This document shows positions 18,920 through 28,473 of a stretch of 64,000 nt of DNA, one piece after another. The notes below the pieces were generated by a model that worked only from the letters and a program-made list of their open reading frames with translations, had not been told where the DNA came from and made no database searches. This DNA comes from Nitrospinaceae bacterium (GTDB lineage Bacteria > Nitrospinota > Nitrospinia > Nitrospinales > Nitrospinaceae): contig OZ245011.1 of NCBI GenBank assembly GCA_965223665.1, forward strand, positions 1,984,001-2,048,000, read 5' to 3'. The translations under genes and the position numbers were made by a program. Each line of letters starts with the position of its first letter. Within the stretch, counting starts at the first letter, position 1.

Positions 18920-20254
18920 ATGTCCGCAACGCTCATCAAACATGCACTTGTGGTGAACGAAGGCAAAATCAAAGAAACTGATCTGCGGATTTTCGATTCT
19001 AAAATCGACAAAATAGAAACCGATATTAAAGCCCAGCCATCAGACCAAATCATTGAAGCGAACGGATGCTATCTGCTGCCCGGCATGATTGACGATCAAG
19101 TGCATTTTCGTGAGCCGGGTTTAACCCATAAGGGCACCATTGCCAGTGAATCCTTCGCAGCGGTGGCTGGGGGAATCACCAGTTTCATGGAAATGCCAAA
19201 TGTCAAGCCAGCTACGACAACCATCGAAGTGCTCGAACAAAAATACAACATTGCCGCGGAGCGATCCCATGCCAACTATGCTTTTTATCTGGGGGCCACC
19301 GAAGACAACCTTGACCAAATAAAGCGACTCGATCCTAAAAAGCACTGTGGAGTAAAAGTCTTTATGGGCGCATCGACCGGTGATTTACTCGTTGAGGCAC
19401 CGCATGCACTCGAGGCCATTTTTCGTGAATCCCCTGTGCTCATCGTTACTCACTGCGAGAGCGGCCCAATCATTAGACAAAATCGAGAGAGGCTCCATAA
19501 CTCGAAGCCGGTTTTAACTATTGAAGACCATCCCCTACTTCGCGATGCCAACGCCTGCTATGCGTCTTCTTCTTACGCTGTCAACTTGGCCAAAAAATAT
19601 CAAAGCCAATTGCATGTATTGCATATCACTACAGAAAAAGAACTTGGCTTATTTGAATCCGGGCCCACTGAAAAAAAGAATATTACCGCAGAAGCCTGCG
19701 TTCATCATTTATGGTTTAGCGACCGGGATTATAAAAATTTAGGTAATTTAATTAAATGCAATCCTTCAATAAAAAGGTCGAGTGACCGCCATGCGCTAAT
19801 TCAAGCATTGCACACCAATCAAATCGATATCATTGCCACCGACCATGCTCCCCATACCCTTGAAGAAAAGCGGGTTGATTACGAGCAGGCTCCTGCCGGA
19901 CTTCCACTGGTACAACATGCCCTATTGAGTTTATTTGAACATATGAAGCATGGACGTTTAAGCTTAACGCAGATAGTTGAAAAAACTGCACACAATCCAG
20001 CACTTCGATACGCCATCGCTGGACGAGGGTTTATTCGTGAAGGCTATTACGCAGATTTAGTCCTTATAGACAGTCAATCCTCCACTGCAGTTACTCACGA
20101 AAACAGTTTATATCACTGCGGTTGGACTCCCTTTGCCGGGCAGACGTTTTCCTGGAGCATTAAGGGTACCTGGGTCAATGGTCAGCAGGTGTATAGCAGT
20201 GAGGGCAGTGTCTCCGGAAAACCGTTAACGATGCCCCTTGCCTTTAATCCATGA
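18920..20254 (+). CDS. pyrC: Dihydroorotase
   Basis: PGMIDDQVHFREPG, GGITSFMEMPN, KCNPSIK and IATDHAPH motifs; ATG at 18920. Confidence 0.92.
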   Translation: MSATLIKHALVVNEGKIKETDLRIFDSKIDKIETDIKAQPSDQIIEANGCYLLPGMIDDQVHFREPGLTHKGTIASESFAAVAGGITSFMEMPNVKPATTTIEVLEQKYNIAAERSHANYAFYLGATEDNLDQIKRLDPKKHCGVKVFMGASTGDLLVEAPHALEAIFRESPVLIVTHCESGPIIRQNRERLHNSKPVLTIEDHPLLRDANACYASSSYAVNLAKKYQSQLHVLHITTEKELGLFESGPTEKKNITAEACVHHLWFSDRDYKNLGNLIKCNPSIKRSSDRHALIQALHTNQIDIIATDHAPHTLEEKRVDYEQAPAGLPLVQHALLSLFEHMKHGRLSLTQIVEKTAHNPALRYAIAGRGFIREGYYADLVLIDSQSSTAVTHENSLYHCGWTPFAGQTFSWSIKGTWVNGQQVYSSEGSVSGKPLTMPLAFNP

Positions 20255-20277
20255 TTGTTAAGCGGGTCTCTATAAAT

Positions 20278-20887
20278 TTAACGCAAAGCCAAAGAAGCTT
20301 CTCGAACGATTTCCAGGCTGGATCTAAAAATCAAAATAGAAATAAGCGTTCCCACCACTAAATCGGGCCAAAACGAATGAGTATAAGCAACTCCCCAAGC
20401 GGCGATTAAAATTCCCAAATTAGCCATTACATCGTTTCGCGTACATAACCAGGCTGATTTCATGTTTATGTCGTCGCTTCTATAACGGTAAACCAGGAAA
20501 GCGCAAACTAAATTGGCGGCTAGAGCCATGTCCACCCACCACTCCCATAGTAAACGGTTCAGGCAAGCCGGGAGAAAAAAATCTATACACTACCGAGGCA
20601 AGTATAAAAAAAGAAAAGGTTCCCATAATAACCCCTTTTATCATGGAAACCCAGGCCCGGCATTTCTCACTTCGTTGAATTACAAAAAGAGAACTCCCTA
20701 ACAAAAAAGCGTCACTTAACATATCAAGAGAATCGGCAAAAAGGGCTTTGGATTCCGACAGCCAGCCATAAATCGCTTCGATGAAAAACATCCCAATATT
20801 TATGAATAACGCCAAACCCAGAACCAGTCGATGATTCTTTGCGAGTTGACTCATTCCCTCTTCGCAGGTGGAAGCGCAATTGCTCAT
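20278..20887 (-). pseudogene. Cation diffusion facilitator (CzcD-like, no C-terminal domain), frameshifted near 20533
   Basis: ADSLDMLSD in the first ORF and SAWLCTRND...WPD in the second. One extra base in ATG GGA GTG GTG GGT GGAC ATG GCT CTA relative to IGVVGALALAAN in the intact paralog 35187-35813. Confidence 0.85.
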
Positions 20888-20952
20888 ATGAATTACCTCT
20901 TTGTATTATCCGTTGGGGTTGCGGTTGGCTCAATCCACCATTCTTTAAATTT

Positions 20953-20969
20953 TTGCAAGTGAATTGCAT
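20953..20969. promoter_or_regulatory. Candidate operator TTGCAA-gtgaa-TTGCAT upstream of CDF copy 1
   Basis: Same hexamer-N5-hexamer geometry as 17784-17811. Confidence 0.6.
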
Positions 20970-21176
20970 TTAGTTTTTGAGATAACTGAAAAATGACAAT
21001 AAATAACAAGCGGTTAATAGAAAAATTTTATCCAAGATTCATCTAGCCGACTAGAAATCTCTCTATATTTATAGGTAATTTTAGACATTCAAAAAACAAA
21101 AATCAAAGTTTTTTGAATAATCTCTTAAAAAATAATTGCAAACCATTTAAAAAATATTGTAGATTAGGTTATATAT

Positions 21177-21193
21177 TTGCGAATTATTTGCAA
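21177..21193. promoter_or_regulatory. Candidate operator TTGCGA-attat-TTGCAA upstream of the COG0523 operon
   Basis: Same geometry; 26 bp before the ATG at 21220; an extra half-site at 21136. Confidence 0.6.
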
Positions 21194-21219
21194 AAATAGC
21201 ATTAAGGAACCCATCAATA

Positions 21220-21879
21220 ATGATCAGGCAAATTGTTTCCATGCTCAAGGATCCGTCTCTATTATCTTCCGGAACTTCCCGGTATTCAAAGGCTCTGATG
21301 AAGGTAAAAAGGTTTGCGGAGATTTTACTGCATCAACAATTGTGGTTTTTTGGTAAAGATATCACTAATGCCAAAAGCAACTTGCTCATCGATTTCGGTT
21401 TTAAAAGGATTCGTCCCCCAAAAGAAACAGACGGCAGCACAAATTACATTTGCCATATCAATGGTGAAAGCAGCCTGGTCCTTTGGGGTTTTGGAGTTTA
21501 CTATGTTCAGGGAAACAACCCGGGAGTCTACCTGGGTCGTTACAACGTTTATCCCAAACTAATCCACGGTGAACCGCTGAATCTTCCCATTTGGTCTCCT
21601 TCCAGCCTTCCTGAAATGAGCAATCCCAAAAGCATAGAAGAATGGGAATGCTCATTTAGATTGATGTCAGAATTATTTGATTGGATTGCCTGTTATGAAG
21701 GGTGGGTTAATTGGGTTATGGACCTTTCTTATCGGGAAAACTGTCTAAAAGATTTCAAGCAACCCATCGTTTCCTGCTATGAAGGAGCATGGGCTTGGAA
21801 CCGGATGGCGAATTTCTTTAGACAACAACTTGTTTCAGATGAAACTTCAAACAAAACATTATTCCTATCTCAGGATTAA
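21220..21879 (+). CDS. Hypothetical protein, first gene of the COG0523 operon
   Basis: 219-aa Trp-rich ORF with an aagga RBS. Confidence 0.75.
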   Translation: MIRQIVSMLKDPSLLSSGTSRYSKALMKVKRFAEILLHQQLWFFGKDITNAKSNLLIDFGFKRIRPPKETDGSTNYICHINGESSLVLWGFGVYYVQGNNPGVYLGRYNVYPKLIHGEPLNLPIWSPSSLPEMSNPKSIEEWECSFRLMSELFDWIACYEGWVNWVMDLSYRENCLKDFKQPIVSCYEGAWAWNRMANFFRQQLVSDETSNKTLFLSQD

Positions 21880-21895
21880 AGGGAAAGCCTAACCG

Positions 21896-22156
21896 ATGCG
21901 AAATCTATTTGAAAAAAATCAAAAAAAAGATGTTGCCGCAATTTCGACCATCAAACATTGGATCAGTGAAATTTTTAATTTGACCAAAAACGACACCATA
22001 CTCGTAACAGAGTTGCAATGTCATGAAGAAGGGTGCCCGCCAATCGAAACGGTAATAGTTGTTATGAGAGAAGGCGCTAGAAAAGAACAATACAAATTTC
22101 ATAAACAAATTCATGAAATTAATATTGAGGATATTACTGATTTATCATCACGATAA
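21896..22156 (+). CDS. Small Cys-motif protein of the type found next to COG0523 genes
   Basis: VTELQCHEEGCPPIETVI motif. Confidence 0.75.
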   Translation: MRNLFEKNQKKDVAAISTIKHWISEIFNLTKNDTILVTELQCHEEGCPPIETVIVVMREGARKEQYKFHKQIHEINIEDITDLSSR

Positions 22157-22174
22157 CAAAAGTAAAGGATTCTT

Positions 22175-23530
22175 ATGAGTACTGAACAAACAATTCAATC
22201 CGTACCCGTCACCGTGTTAACGGGATTTCTGGGTGCCGGTAAAACTACATTGCTGAATTATATATTGACTGAAAATCATGGAAAAAGAATTGCCGTTATT
22301 GAAAATGAATTTGGAGAACTCGGTATTGATAACGATCTGGTTATTAATGCAGAGGAAGAGATTTTCGAAATGAATAACGGTTGTATCTGTTGCACCGTCC
22401 GGGGCGACCTGATTCGAATCCTCGGAAATTTAATGAAACGCAGAGACAAGTTTGATTACATTTTACTTGAGACCACCGGTTTGGCGAATCCCGGTCCCGT
22501 GGCCCAAACGTTTTTCATGGATGATGAAATTGGAACCAAGCTATCGCTAGACGGCATCGTGACAGTCGTTGACGCCAAGCACATCAATGAAAGACTGGCG
22601 GACAGCAGTGAAACCCGGGAACAAATTGCCTTTGCTGATGTGATTCTTATCAATAAAACAGATTTGGTCAATCCTGAAGAACTCGTTGAATTAGAAGCAA
22701 GACTTCGAAAAATGAATGGAGCCGCTAAACTGTTTCGCACTCAAAAATCAAAAGTCAATTTGGAACATATATTGAATATCTCCGCTTTTGATTTGAACCG
22801 GTCCCTGGAAATCAACCCCAAGTTTTTGGAACCGGAATATCCTTTCGAATGGGGTGGGATCTTTGAACTCAACGAAGGGGAGCACGAATTCACTCTTCAG
22901 GAAGGCCCAGACCCCGGAATGAAAGTCTCTTTACGCCAGGTTTCGCAAGCAAGCTCAGAAGAATTAAACCAGGCTATAGAACCCACCGTTAAAATTTTTT
23001 CAGAAAATAAAGAAACTTTATTTTCTGGAGACGCTTTAAAGCCAAATGCAAAACTGTTCTATCTGGATCTTCAATCGAAGCAATCCCGATTTCCTATTCA
23101 AATCCCGGTAAAAGGTTCTTACATATTGTTTTCAGAACACATGCCAGAAGAATTTAACGCGACGTTAAAAAATGAAAGTGGAGAAATTATTCAACCTGGG
23201 GTCTCACAAATTTTTAATCCGGACCATGAGCACGACGATGAAATTTCTTCTGTGGGAATCACACTGGCGGGTGACTTAGATCATGAAAAGCTCAATCAAT
23301 GGTTAGGAGTCATTCTGCAAACCAAGGCTGTAGATATCTTCCGAATGAAAGGAATATTAAGCATTAAAGATCAACCCAATCGGTTTGTTTTCCAGGGGGT
23401 GCATATGCTTTTTGACGGATACCCGGAACAACCCTGGGGAGACAGAAAACGGGAAAATAACCTGATTTTCATTGGTCGAAATCTGGACCGTAGTTTTTTT
23501 GAAGATGGAGTTCGTTCGTGCCTAAGTTAA
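22175..23530 (+). CDS. COG0523/CobW-family G3E GTPase zinc metallochaperone
   Basis: [35 protein letters not shown] motifs; CobW_C domain with FRMKG and FQGVH. Confidence 0.95.
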   Translation: MSTEQTIQSVPVTVLTGFLGAGKTTLLNYILTENHGKRIAVIENEFGELGIDNDLVINAEEEIFEMNNGCICCTVRGDLIRILGNLMKRRDKFDYILLETTGLANPGPVAQTFFMDDEIGTKLSLDGIVTVVDAKHINERLADSSETREQIAFADVILINKTDLVNPEELVELEARLRKMNGAAKLFRTQKSKVNLEHILNISAFDLNRSLEINPKFLEPEYPFEWGGIFELNEGEHEFTLQEGPDPGMKVSLRQVSQASSEELNQAIEPTVKIFSENKETLFSGDALKPNAKLFYLDLQSKQSRFPIQIPVKGSYILFSEHMPEEFNATLKNESGEIIQPGVSQIFNPDHEHDDEISSVGITLAGDLDHEKLNQWLGVILQTKAVDIFRMKGILSIKDQPNRFVFQGVHMLFDGYPEQPWGDRKRENNLIFIGRNLDRSFFEDGVRSCLS

Positions 23531-24564
23531 AAAAACCTAAAAATAAAAAGAACCGAAAAAAACTATCGCGATCTTGGACTCAGTCCATCGGAGACTATGT
23601 GATGGATCTTTCCTGGTCGCCTGACGGCTCCCTTTTGGCCGCGGTGGAAACCAGCGGACCCATTACAGTTTTCGATACTGAACAAGGAAATAAAGTATCT
23701 TTTGCTTCTGGTCACGAATTGGGAACTTCTCAAGTTGGATGGAGTCCCGCAGGAGACTGTTTCGCAAGCGCGGGTCTCGATGGAATAATTCGGTATTGGA
23801 ATTGGAAACATTCAGAACAAGAGATTCGTTCCATGAAAGGTGGCTCGACCTGGGTTGAAAATTTGGTTTGGCATCCCAGCAACGAATGTTTAGCCACCAG
23901 CGCTGGAAAACATTTGCGATTGTGGGATACCGATGGGGAGTTATTGGTGGATTGGACGAACTTTGAAAGCACCATTGCGGATATTGCGTGGTCTCCGTCT
24001 GGCGATTGTGTCGTGGCCGCAACTTACGGTGGGCTTACTTTCCAGTTCCCAAAGGAACCAGACAGACAACGAAAATTTAAATGGAAAGGATCTTCATTGA
24101 AAATCGCCTGGAGTCCTGATGGAAAATTCATTGCAACGGGCGATCAGGATTCAACGGTTCATTTTTGGGATGTCGAAACCGGCAAAGATTGTCAAATGTC
24201 TGGCTACCCGACTAAAGTACTTCCATTGGCCTGGAATTCTACCAGTAGATATTTAGCTACAGGGGGATGCGATAAAGTAATCCTCTGGGATTGTTCTGGT
24301 AAAGGCCCCCAGGATACCGACCCGATTCCACTGACCAAACATAAAGAATTACTTTCCGCAGTGGCTTTTCAAAATAATGGACCACTTCTAGCTTCCGCCG
24401 ATGAATCAGGATTAGTGGCAGTGTGGAATCACGAAGAGTCTAAAAAACCTTTGGCGACCGTAAACTTTGACTCTGAAGTCACGCAACTGATGTGGGCGCC
24501 CAACGATCAATCCATTGCCATTGGCGATAACCTGGGGAACATAAAACTTTTAACATTAAATTGA
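23518..24564 (+). CDS. WD40-repeat protein 1
   Basis: Repeated (L/I)xWSPDG...WD units; ATGDQDSTVHFW and MSGYPTKV. Confidence 0.9.
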   Translation: MPKLKKPKNKKNRKKLSRSWTQSIGDYVMDLSWSPDGSLLAAVETSGPITVFDTEQGNKVSFASGHELGTSQVGWSPAGDCFASAGLDGIIRYWNWKHSEQEIRSMKGGSTWVENLVWHPSNECLATSAGKHLRLWDTDGELLVDWTNFESTIADIAWSPSGDCVVAATYGGLTFQFPKEPDRQRKFKWKGSSLKIAWSPDGKFIATGDQDSTVHFWDVETGKDCQMSGYPTKVLPLAWNSTSRYLATGGCDKVILWDCSGKGPQDTDPIPLTKHKELLSAVAFQNNGPLLASADESGLVAVWNHEESKKPLATVNFDSEVTQLMWAPNDQSIAIGDNLGNIKLLTLN

Positions 24565-25667
24565 ATCTTTCCCATTCGCAAAATTATGAGCTTAAATTTA
24601 TGGTACTTATTCAAAACCTGATTCAACAAAATATATTAGACGAATACGTTATTGATATTGGCTGGTCTCCCAACGGTGAATATTTAGCCGCTATTACCGC
24701 TAATGGGCAGATCGCCCTATTTAATATGAAATCTGATTTCGCCTGGAAGGAACTTGGCCGGCATAAGCATGGTGCCCTTTCCATGCAATGGCATCCTTAC
24801 GAAAATTTATTGGCCAGTGGCGGCCAGGACGGAAAACTTACGTTATGGGACATTTCGTCCATGAGCGAAGCCTGGTGTCAGGATTTCGGAGGATGGATTG
24901 ACTGTTTAAGCTGGAGTTCTCTGGGTCAGTTTTTAGCTTCATCATCCGGAAAGAAATTAAGCATTTGGAACGTTTCAGGAAAACACGAAGAAACCTGGTC
25001 TGATCACAAAAGTTCTATTTCAGATATTGAATGGTCTCCCGATGGTCGGTTCATTGCGACGACCACCAAGGGGGGAATCACTATAAGAGGATATGGAGAT
25101 TTGGATACGACTCAATACCTGGAGTGGCACGGGTGTCCAATAAAAATGGCCTGGCAGCCTAATGGAAAACAAATTGCCATGGGAGACGAGGAAGCCATTC
25201 ATTTCTGGGAAGTCAAAACCAGCAAGCATCATCCCTTGTTCGGATACAACTCAAAGGTCTCTAAAATGTCCTGGAGTTCTGATGGCAGGTATTTAGCGAC
25301 TAACGATAAAGAGAACCTGGTGATCTGGGATTGCAACCCTCAACATTCAGCAAATGAACAATTATTTCCTTTGTTTTCTTTGGTTCCTGAATGCAGTCTG
25401 GTGGGGCCGAGCGGTTCGGCACCTATTTTACTTAAACAGCATGCAGGTGAAATCAATTCTCTGGTTTTCCAAAAGAATGGAGAACTCTTAGCTTCCGGAG
25501 ATGAGAATGGGGAGGTTCACATTTGGGATTTGCAAAAAACAAAAATACCCATTGGAAGCATCGCCATGGATTATCCTATTTCAAAAATTGCCTGGTCGCC
25601 CGATGGACAGAGCCTGGGCATAGGCGGGGCAGAGGGAACTGCCTCAATTTTTTCGTTTGATGCATAA
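24561..25667 (+). CDS. WD40-repeat protein 2 (paralog of the previous gene)
   Basis: WSPNG, ASGGQDG..LWD and WSPDG repeats; collinear with WD40 protein 1; may start at ATG 24600. Confidence 0.9.
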   Translation: MNLSHSQNYELKFMVLIQNLIQQNILDEYVIDIGWSPNGEYLAAITANGQIALFNMKSDFAWKELGRHKHGALSMQWHPYENLLASGGQDGKLTLWDISSMSEAWCQDFGGWIDCLSWSSLGQFLASSSGKKLSIWNVSGKHEETWSDHKSSISDIEWSPDGRFIATTTKGGITIRGYGDLDTTQYLEWHGCPIKMAWQPNGKQIAMGDEEAIHFWEVKTSKHHPLFGYNSKVSKMSWSSDGRYLATNDKENLVIWDCNPQHSANEQLFPLFSLVPECSLVGPSGSAPILLKQHAGEINSLVFQKNGELLASGDENGEVHIWDLQKTKIPIGSIAMDYPISKIAWSPDGQSLGIGGAEGTASIFSFDA

Positions 25668-25694
25668 TTTGCAATTTGTAAGGAATCTATAAAA

Positions 25695-26411
25695 TTGGAA
25701 ATGGCCGTACCTTATCCCATATTAGGATTTACCATTTTTGTAACCTTATTAGGAGGTTGTCTTCCAACTTTCAAATCATGGGCTCTCCACAAATTTGAAT
25801 TAATTATAAATTTTTCCGCAGGAATTTTTATTGGAGCCGTTTTATTTCACATGATTCCTGATGCAAAGCCTATCCTGGGTTTTGAAATGATTTACCCAAT
25901 ACTTATTGGATTCTTTTCTATTTACGGGATAGAAAAAGCTTTAGGTTCTAAAATCAACGCGACTCAGGAATTGGTTTTCCAACAAATAGGGATGTCCGCG
26001 TTAATAGGAGTTTCTTTCCATGCTTTAGTGGAAGGGTTTGCAATGGGCGCTGCAACTTTGATGAATTTTGGATTTGCCGTCATCGCAGCGATTATTTTTC
26101 ATAAGTTTCCCACCGCTATGTTATTAGCCGCTCTATTCGTAAAAGCAGGGAAATACGATAGAAAAACTATTGTTTCGATCATTTTTATTTTCGCTCTAAC
26201 CACGCCCCTTGGGGTTCTGCTTTCTTTTAGCGTTTTTGAGTTGGTTGATAAATATTGGCTGGGAATCGCCATTGCTCTTTCTGCCGGTACTTTTATTTAT
26301 TTAGCCTTTTTTGATTTGATGGCCCTCAACAACCAACAAAAGGGCAACAAAACCCTGAACATCATTTCCCTAGGGTTGGGGATGTTAGCCATGCTTTTCT
26401 TTCAAGGTTAG
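25695..26411 (+). CDS. ZIP-family metal (zinc) transporter
   Basis: FSAGIF..HMIPD, FHALVEG, FHKFP and AGTFIY motifs. Confidence 0.9.
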   Translation: MEMAVPYPILGFTIFVTLLGGCLPTFKSWALHKFELIINFSAGIFIGAVLFHMIPDAKPILGFEMIYPILIGFFSIYGIEKALGSKINATQELVFQQIGMSALIGVSFHALVEGFAMGAATLMNFGFAVIAAIIFHKFPTAMLLAALFVKAGKYDRKTIVSIIFIFALTTPLGVLLSFSVFELVDKYWLGIAIALSAGTFIYLAFFDLMALNNQQKGNKTLNIISLGLGMLAMLFFQG

Positions 26412-26457
26412 TTATAGAATAATTGAGGTTAATCATTTGGAGGGATAAAGAGATTTT

Positions 26458-27597
26458 ATGAATGATGCGACTTCTTCAACACCGCTGCCCATTTCTGAAC
26501 CAGACACAGCTAAAGAGGACACAGAAAAACTGGTTTCCTTCTTTGAGCGTTCACTTGGTACCTGGGCACAAGATCAAGAAGTTACCCTGGCAGTCGGCAA
26601 CTGGCAGGATGGCGCCGTGATGGAACTCGTAGGAGTGACTCAGATGCTATCGGCTCGCTATGAAGGTTGCTTCAATGGTGTCCGAGAACTACGCACATCC
26701 GATAGCGAGCATCATGTACATATTGACCTGGCTCGTATCCATTCTATCGAGTATGTAATCGCACCAAGCGTTTGTCTCGAATTTCGTCCCTCACTCGAGA
26801 TCCGTTACCTTTGTATTGGGCCAGGAGGAGCTCGAACCGGCAGGGCGATGCTACGGGCTCTCTTTGCTTCACCTTACACTACCACAGGAGTCGACGGGCA
26901 AGCCGTTGCGAAATGGTATCAGAGATACAAACAGGACGTAACAGAAAAACCCGATCGAGTTCGTCTTATCTTCGATTCCAAGTTGGAAGAAGCCAAAGAG
27001 GGATGTGCAATATTAGAAGCTCTTGCAACTTCATCGCAAAAGGTGCTATCAAATTGGTCTTCCGCAACTAAAGAACTCACATTTTTAGAGCGACCCGCTA
27101 CGGTGCCGTCCGGTCCAGCATTCCATTCCCTCGTCGAGGAGGCCATTGCCATTCCGGAGGCCTCTTTGGTCATCTATCGGGATCGAACACTCGTGGAGTT
27201 CAAGACCGACCACCTTGGAGGTCTCTTTGAGTATCGTGAGGGTGACCATATCTCCTGGCAGTTCGGTCGGTTCGAGGGACATCACTGCCATCTGTCACTC
27301 AATGCCGTTACAGGGATCGAGTTCTCAGCCGAACCTGTTTCCTGCCAAAAAGGGCGACTGAATTATACAATTTGGTTCTTGATCGCCGGCGGCTGCGGCA
27401 ATCCTTTCCGAAGCGATGGCTATTTTTCAGTGACATTGAACCGACCCTACAAAGGGGATCACCCACGCTGGGAAGTCATCTGTCCGCTTGTCAATATTTA
27501 TGCTAAGTACCGCCATCAGGAATGGGTACGTGCTGATAATGGGTTCATCGCGGCACTCAGAGATGTGCCCCAGGGAAAAGGGTTAACCCTCGATTAA
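26458..27597 (+). CDS. Hypothetical protein with two HutX/HemS-like repeats
   Basis: AVGN..GAVMEL...HHVHIDLARIHSIEY and LVIYRDRTLVEF...HHCHLSLNAVTGIEF. Confidence 0.5.
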   Translation: MNDATSSTPLPISEPDTAKEDTEKLVSFFERSLGTWAQDQEVTLAVGNWQDGAVMELVGVTQMLSARYEGCFNGVRELRTSDSEHHVHIDLARIHSIEYVIAPSVCLEFRPSLEIRYLCIGPGGARTGRAMLRALFASPYTTTGVDGQAVAKWYQRYKQDVTEKPDRVRLIFDSKLEEAKEGCAILEALATSSQKVLSNWSSATKELTFLERPATVPSGPAFHSLVEEAIAIPEASLVIYRDRTLVEFKTDHLGGLFEYREGDHISWQFGRFEGHHCHLSLNAVTGIEFSAEPVSCQKGRLNYTIWFLIAGGCGNPFRSDGYFSVTLNRPYKGDHPRWEVICPLVNIYAKYRHQEWVRADNGFIAALRDVPQGKGLTLD

Positions 27598-27698
27598 ACA
27601 TTATGGGAGATGGACGGAGGATAGCATAAATTTCTCAAAGAAATTTTTCGACAAAACCAGAAACCCAAGCTCAGTTCTTGGAAGATATAAAAACGTAG

Positions 27699-28430
27699 TT
27701 ATTTTTTTTGAGTTAAATCGACGACGCCATCAAAGTTTCGATCCAGCTCTACTTTAGCCAATTTTCCGCTCTTAAAACTTTCCCATCGGTCGGCCTTACC
27801 GTCATCATTGGTATCATACTCGACTTTCTTCAAGGTGGTGCCACCGGATTCGTAATACTGCCATTGGTCCGGTTTCCCATTTCCATTGGTATCGAAAGCG
27901 GTATTATCGATTTGATTATTTCCTTTGAAATAGCTCCAACTATCAGGCTTTCCATCGCCGTTATTGTCTTTTTCCAAACGAACCAATTTTTCCTGATCAT
28001 TATAAAACTGAATCGTTTCAAATTTCCCATCTCCGTTATCGTCATATTCCGCGCGATCCAGTTTTTTATCAGCTCCAAACATTTCTCGGGAGTCAATTTT
28101 CCCGTTCATCTTGGTGGATTTTTCAATGCGGTCCACCTCTCCCTTTGAATTGTAGTATTGAAAGTGATCTATCGAGCCATCCTGGTTTTTATCAAACTCA
28201 ACACGAACCAGTTTTTTATCGCCCTCGTAGTATTCGGTTTGATCCACCTTACCATCGTGATTTCCGTCGTATTCTATCTTTATCAATTTACCATCGGCTC
28301 CTACGTGCTGCCATTGATCAATCTTTCCATCGAAATTGGAATCTATTTCATTGACTTCGGCAAAACACACGGCATTCCCAAACCAACCCATAAAAATTAA
28401 AAAAACCCAAAAACATTTTTTTGCAGACAT
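27699..28430 (-). CDS. Secreted protein with nine Dx[N/D]xDGxxD-type repeats
   Basis: Signal peptide; repeats DSNFDGKID, DGNHDGKVD, DKNQDGSID ... DRNFDGVVD at ~24-aa spacing. Confidence 0.8.
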   Translation of the reverse strand: MSAKKCFWVFLIFMGWFGNAVCFAEVNEIDSNFDGKIDQWQHVGADGKLIKIEYDGNHDGKVDQTEYYEGDKKLVRVEFDKNQDGSIDHFQYYNSKGEVDRIEKSTKMNGKIDSREMFGADKKLDRAEYDDNGDGKFETIQFYNDQEKLVRLEKDNNGDGKPDSWSYFKGNNQIDNTAFDTNGNGKPDQWQYYESGGTTLKKVEYDTNDDGKADRWESFKSGKLAKVELDRNFDGVVDLTQKK

Positions 28431-28473
28431 AGTTTTTGTTCTCGTTACATTAGAATGGATAATCAATTTTCAA

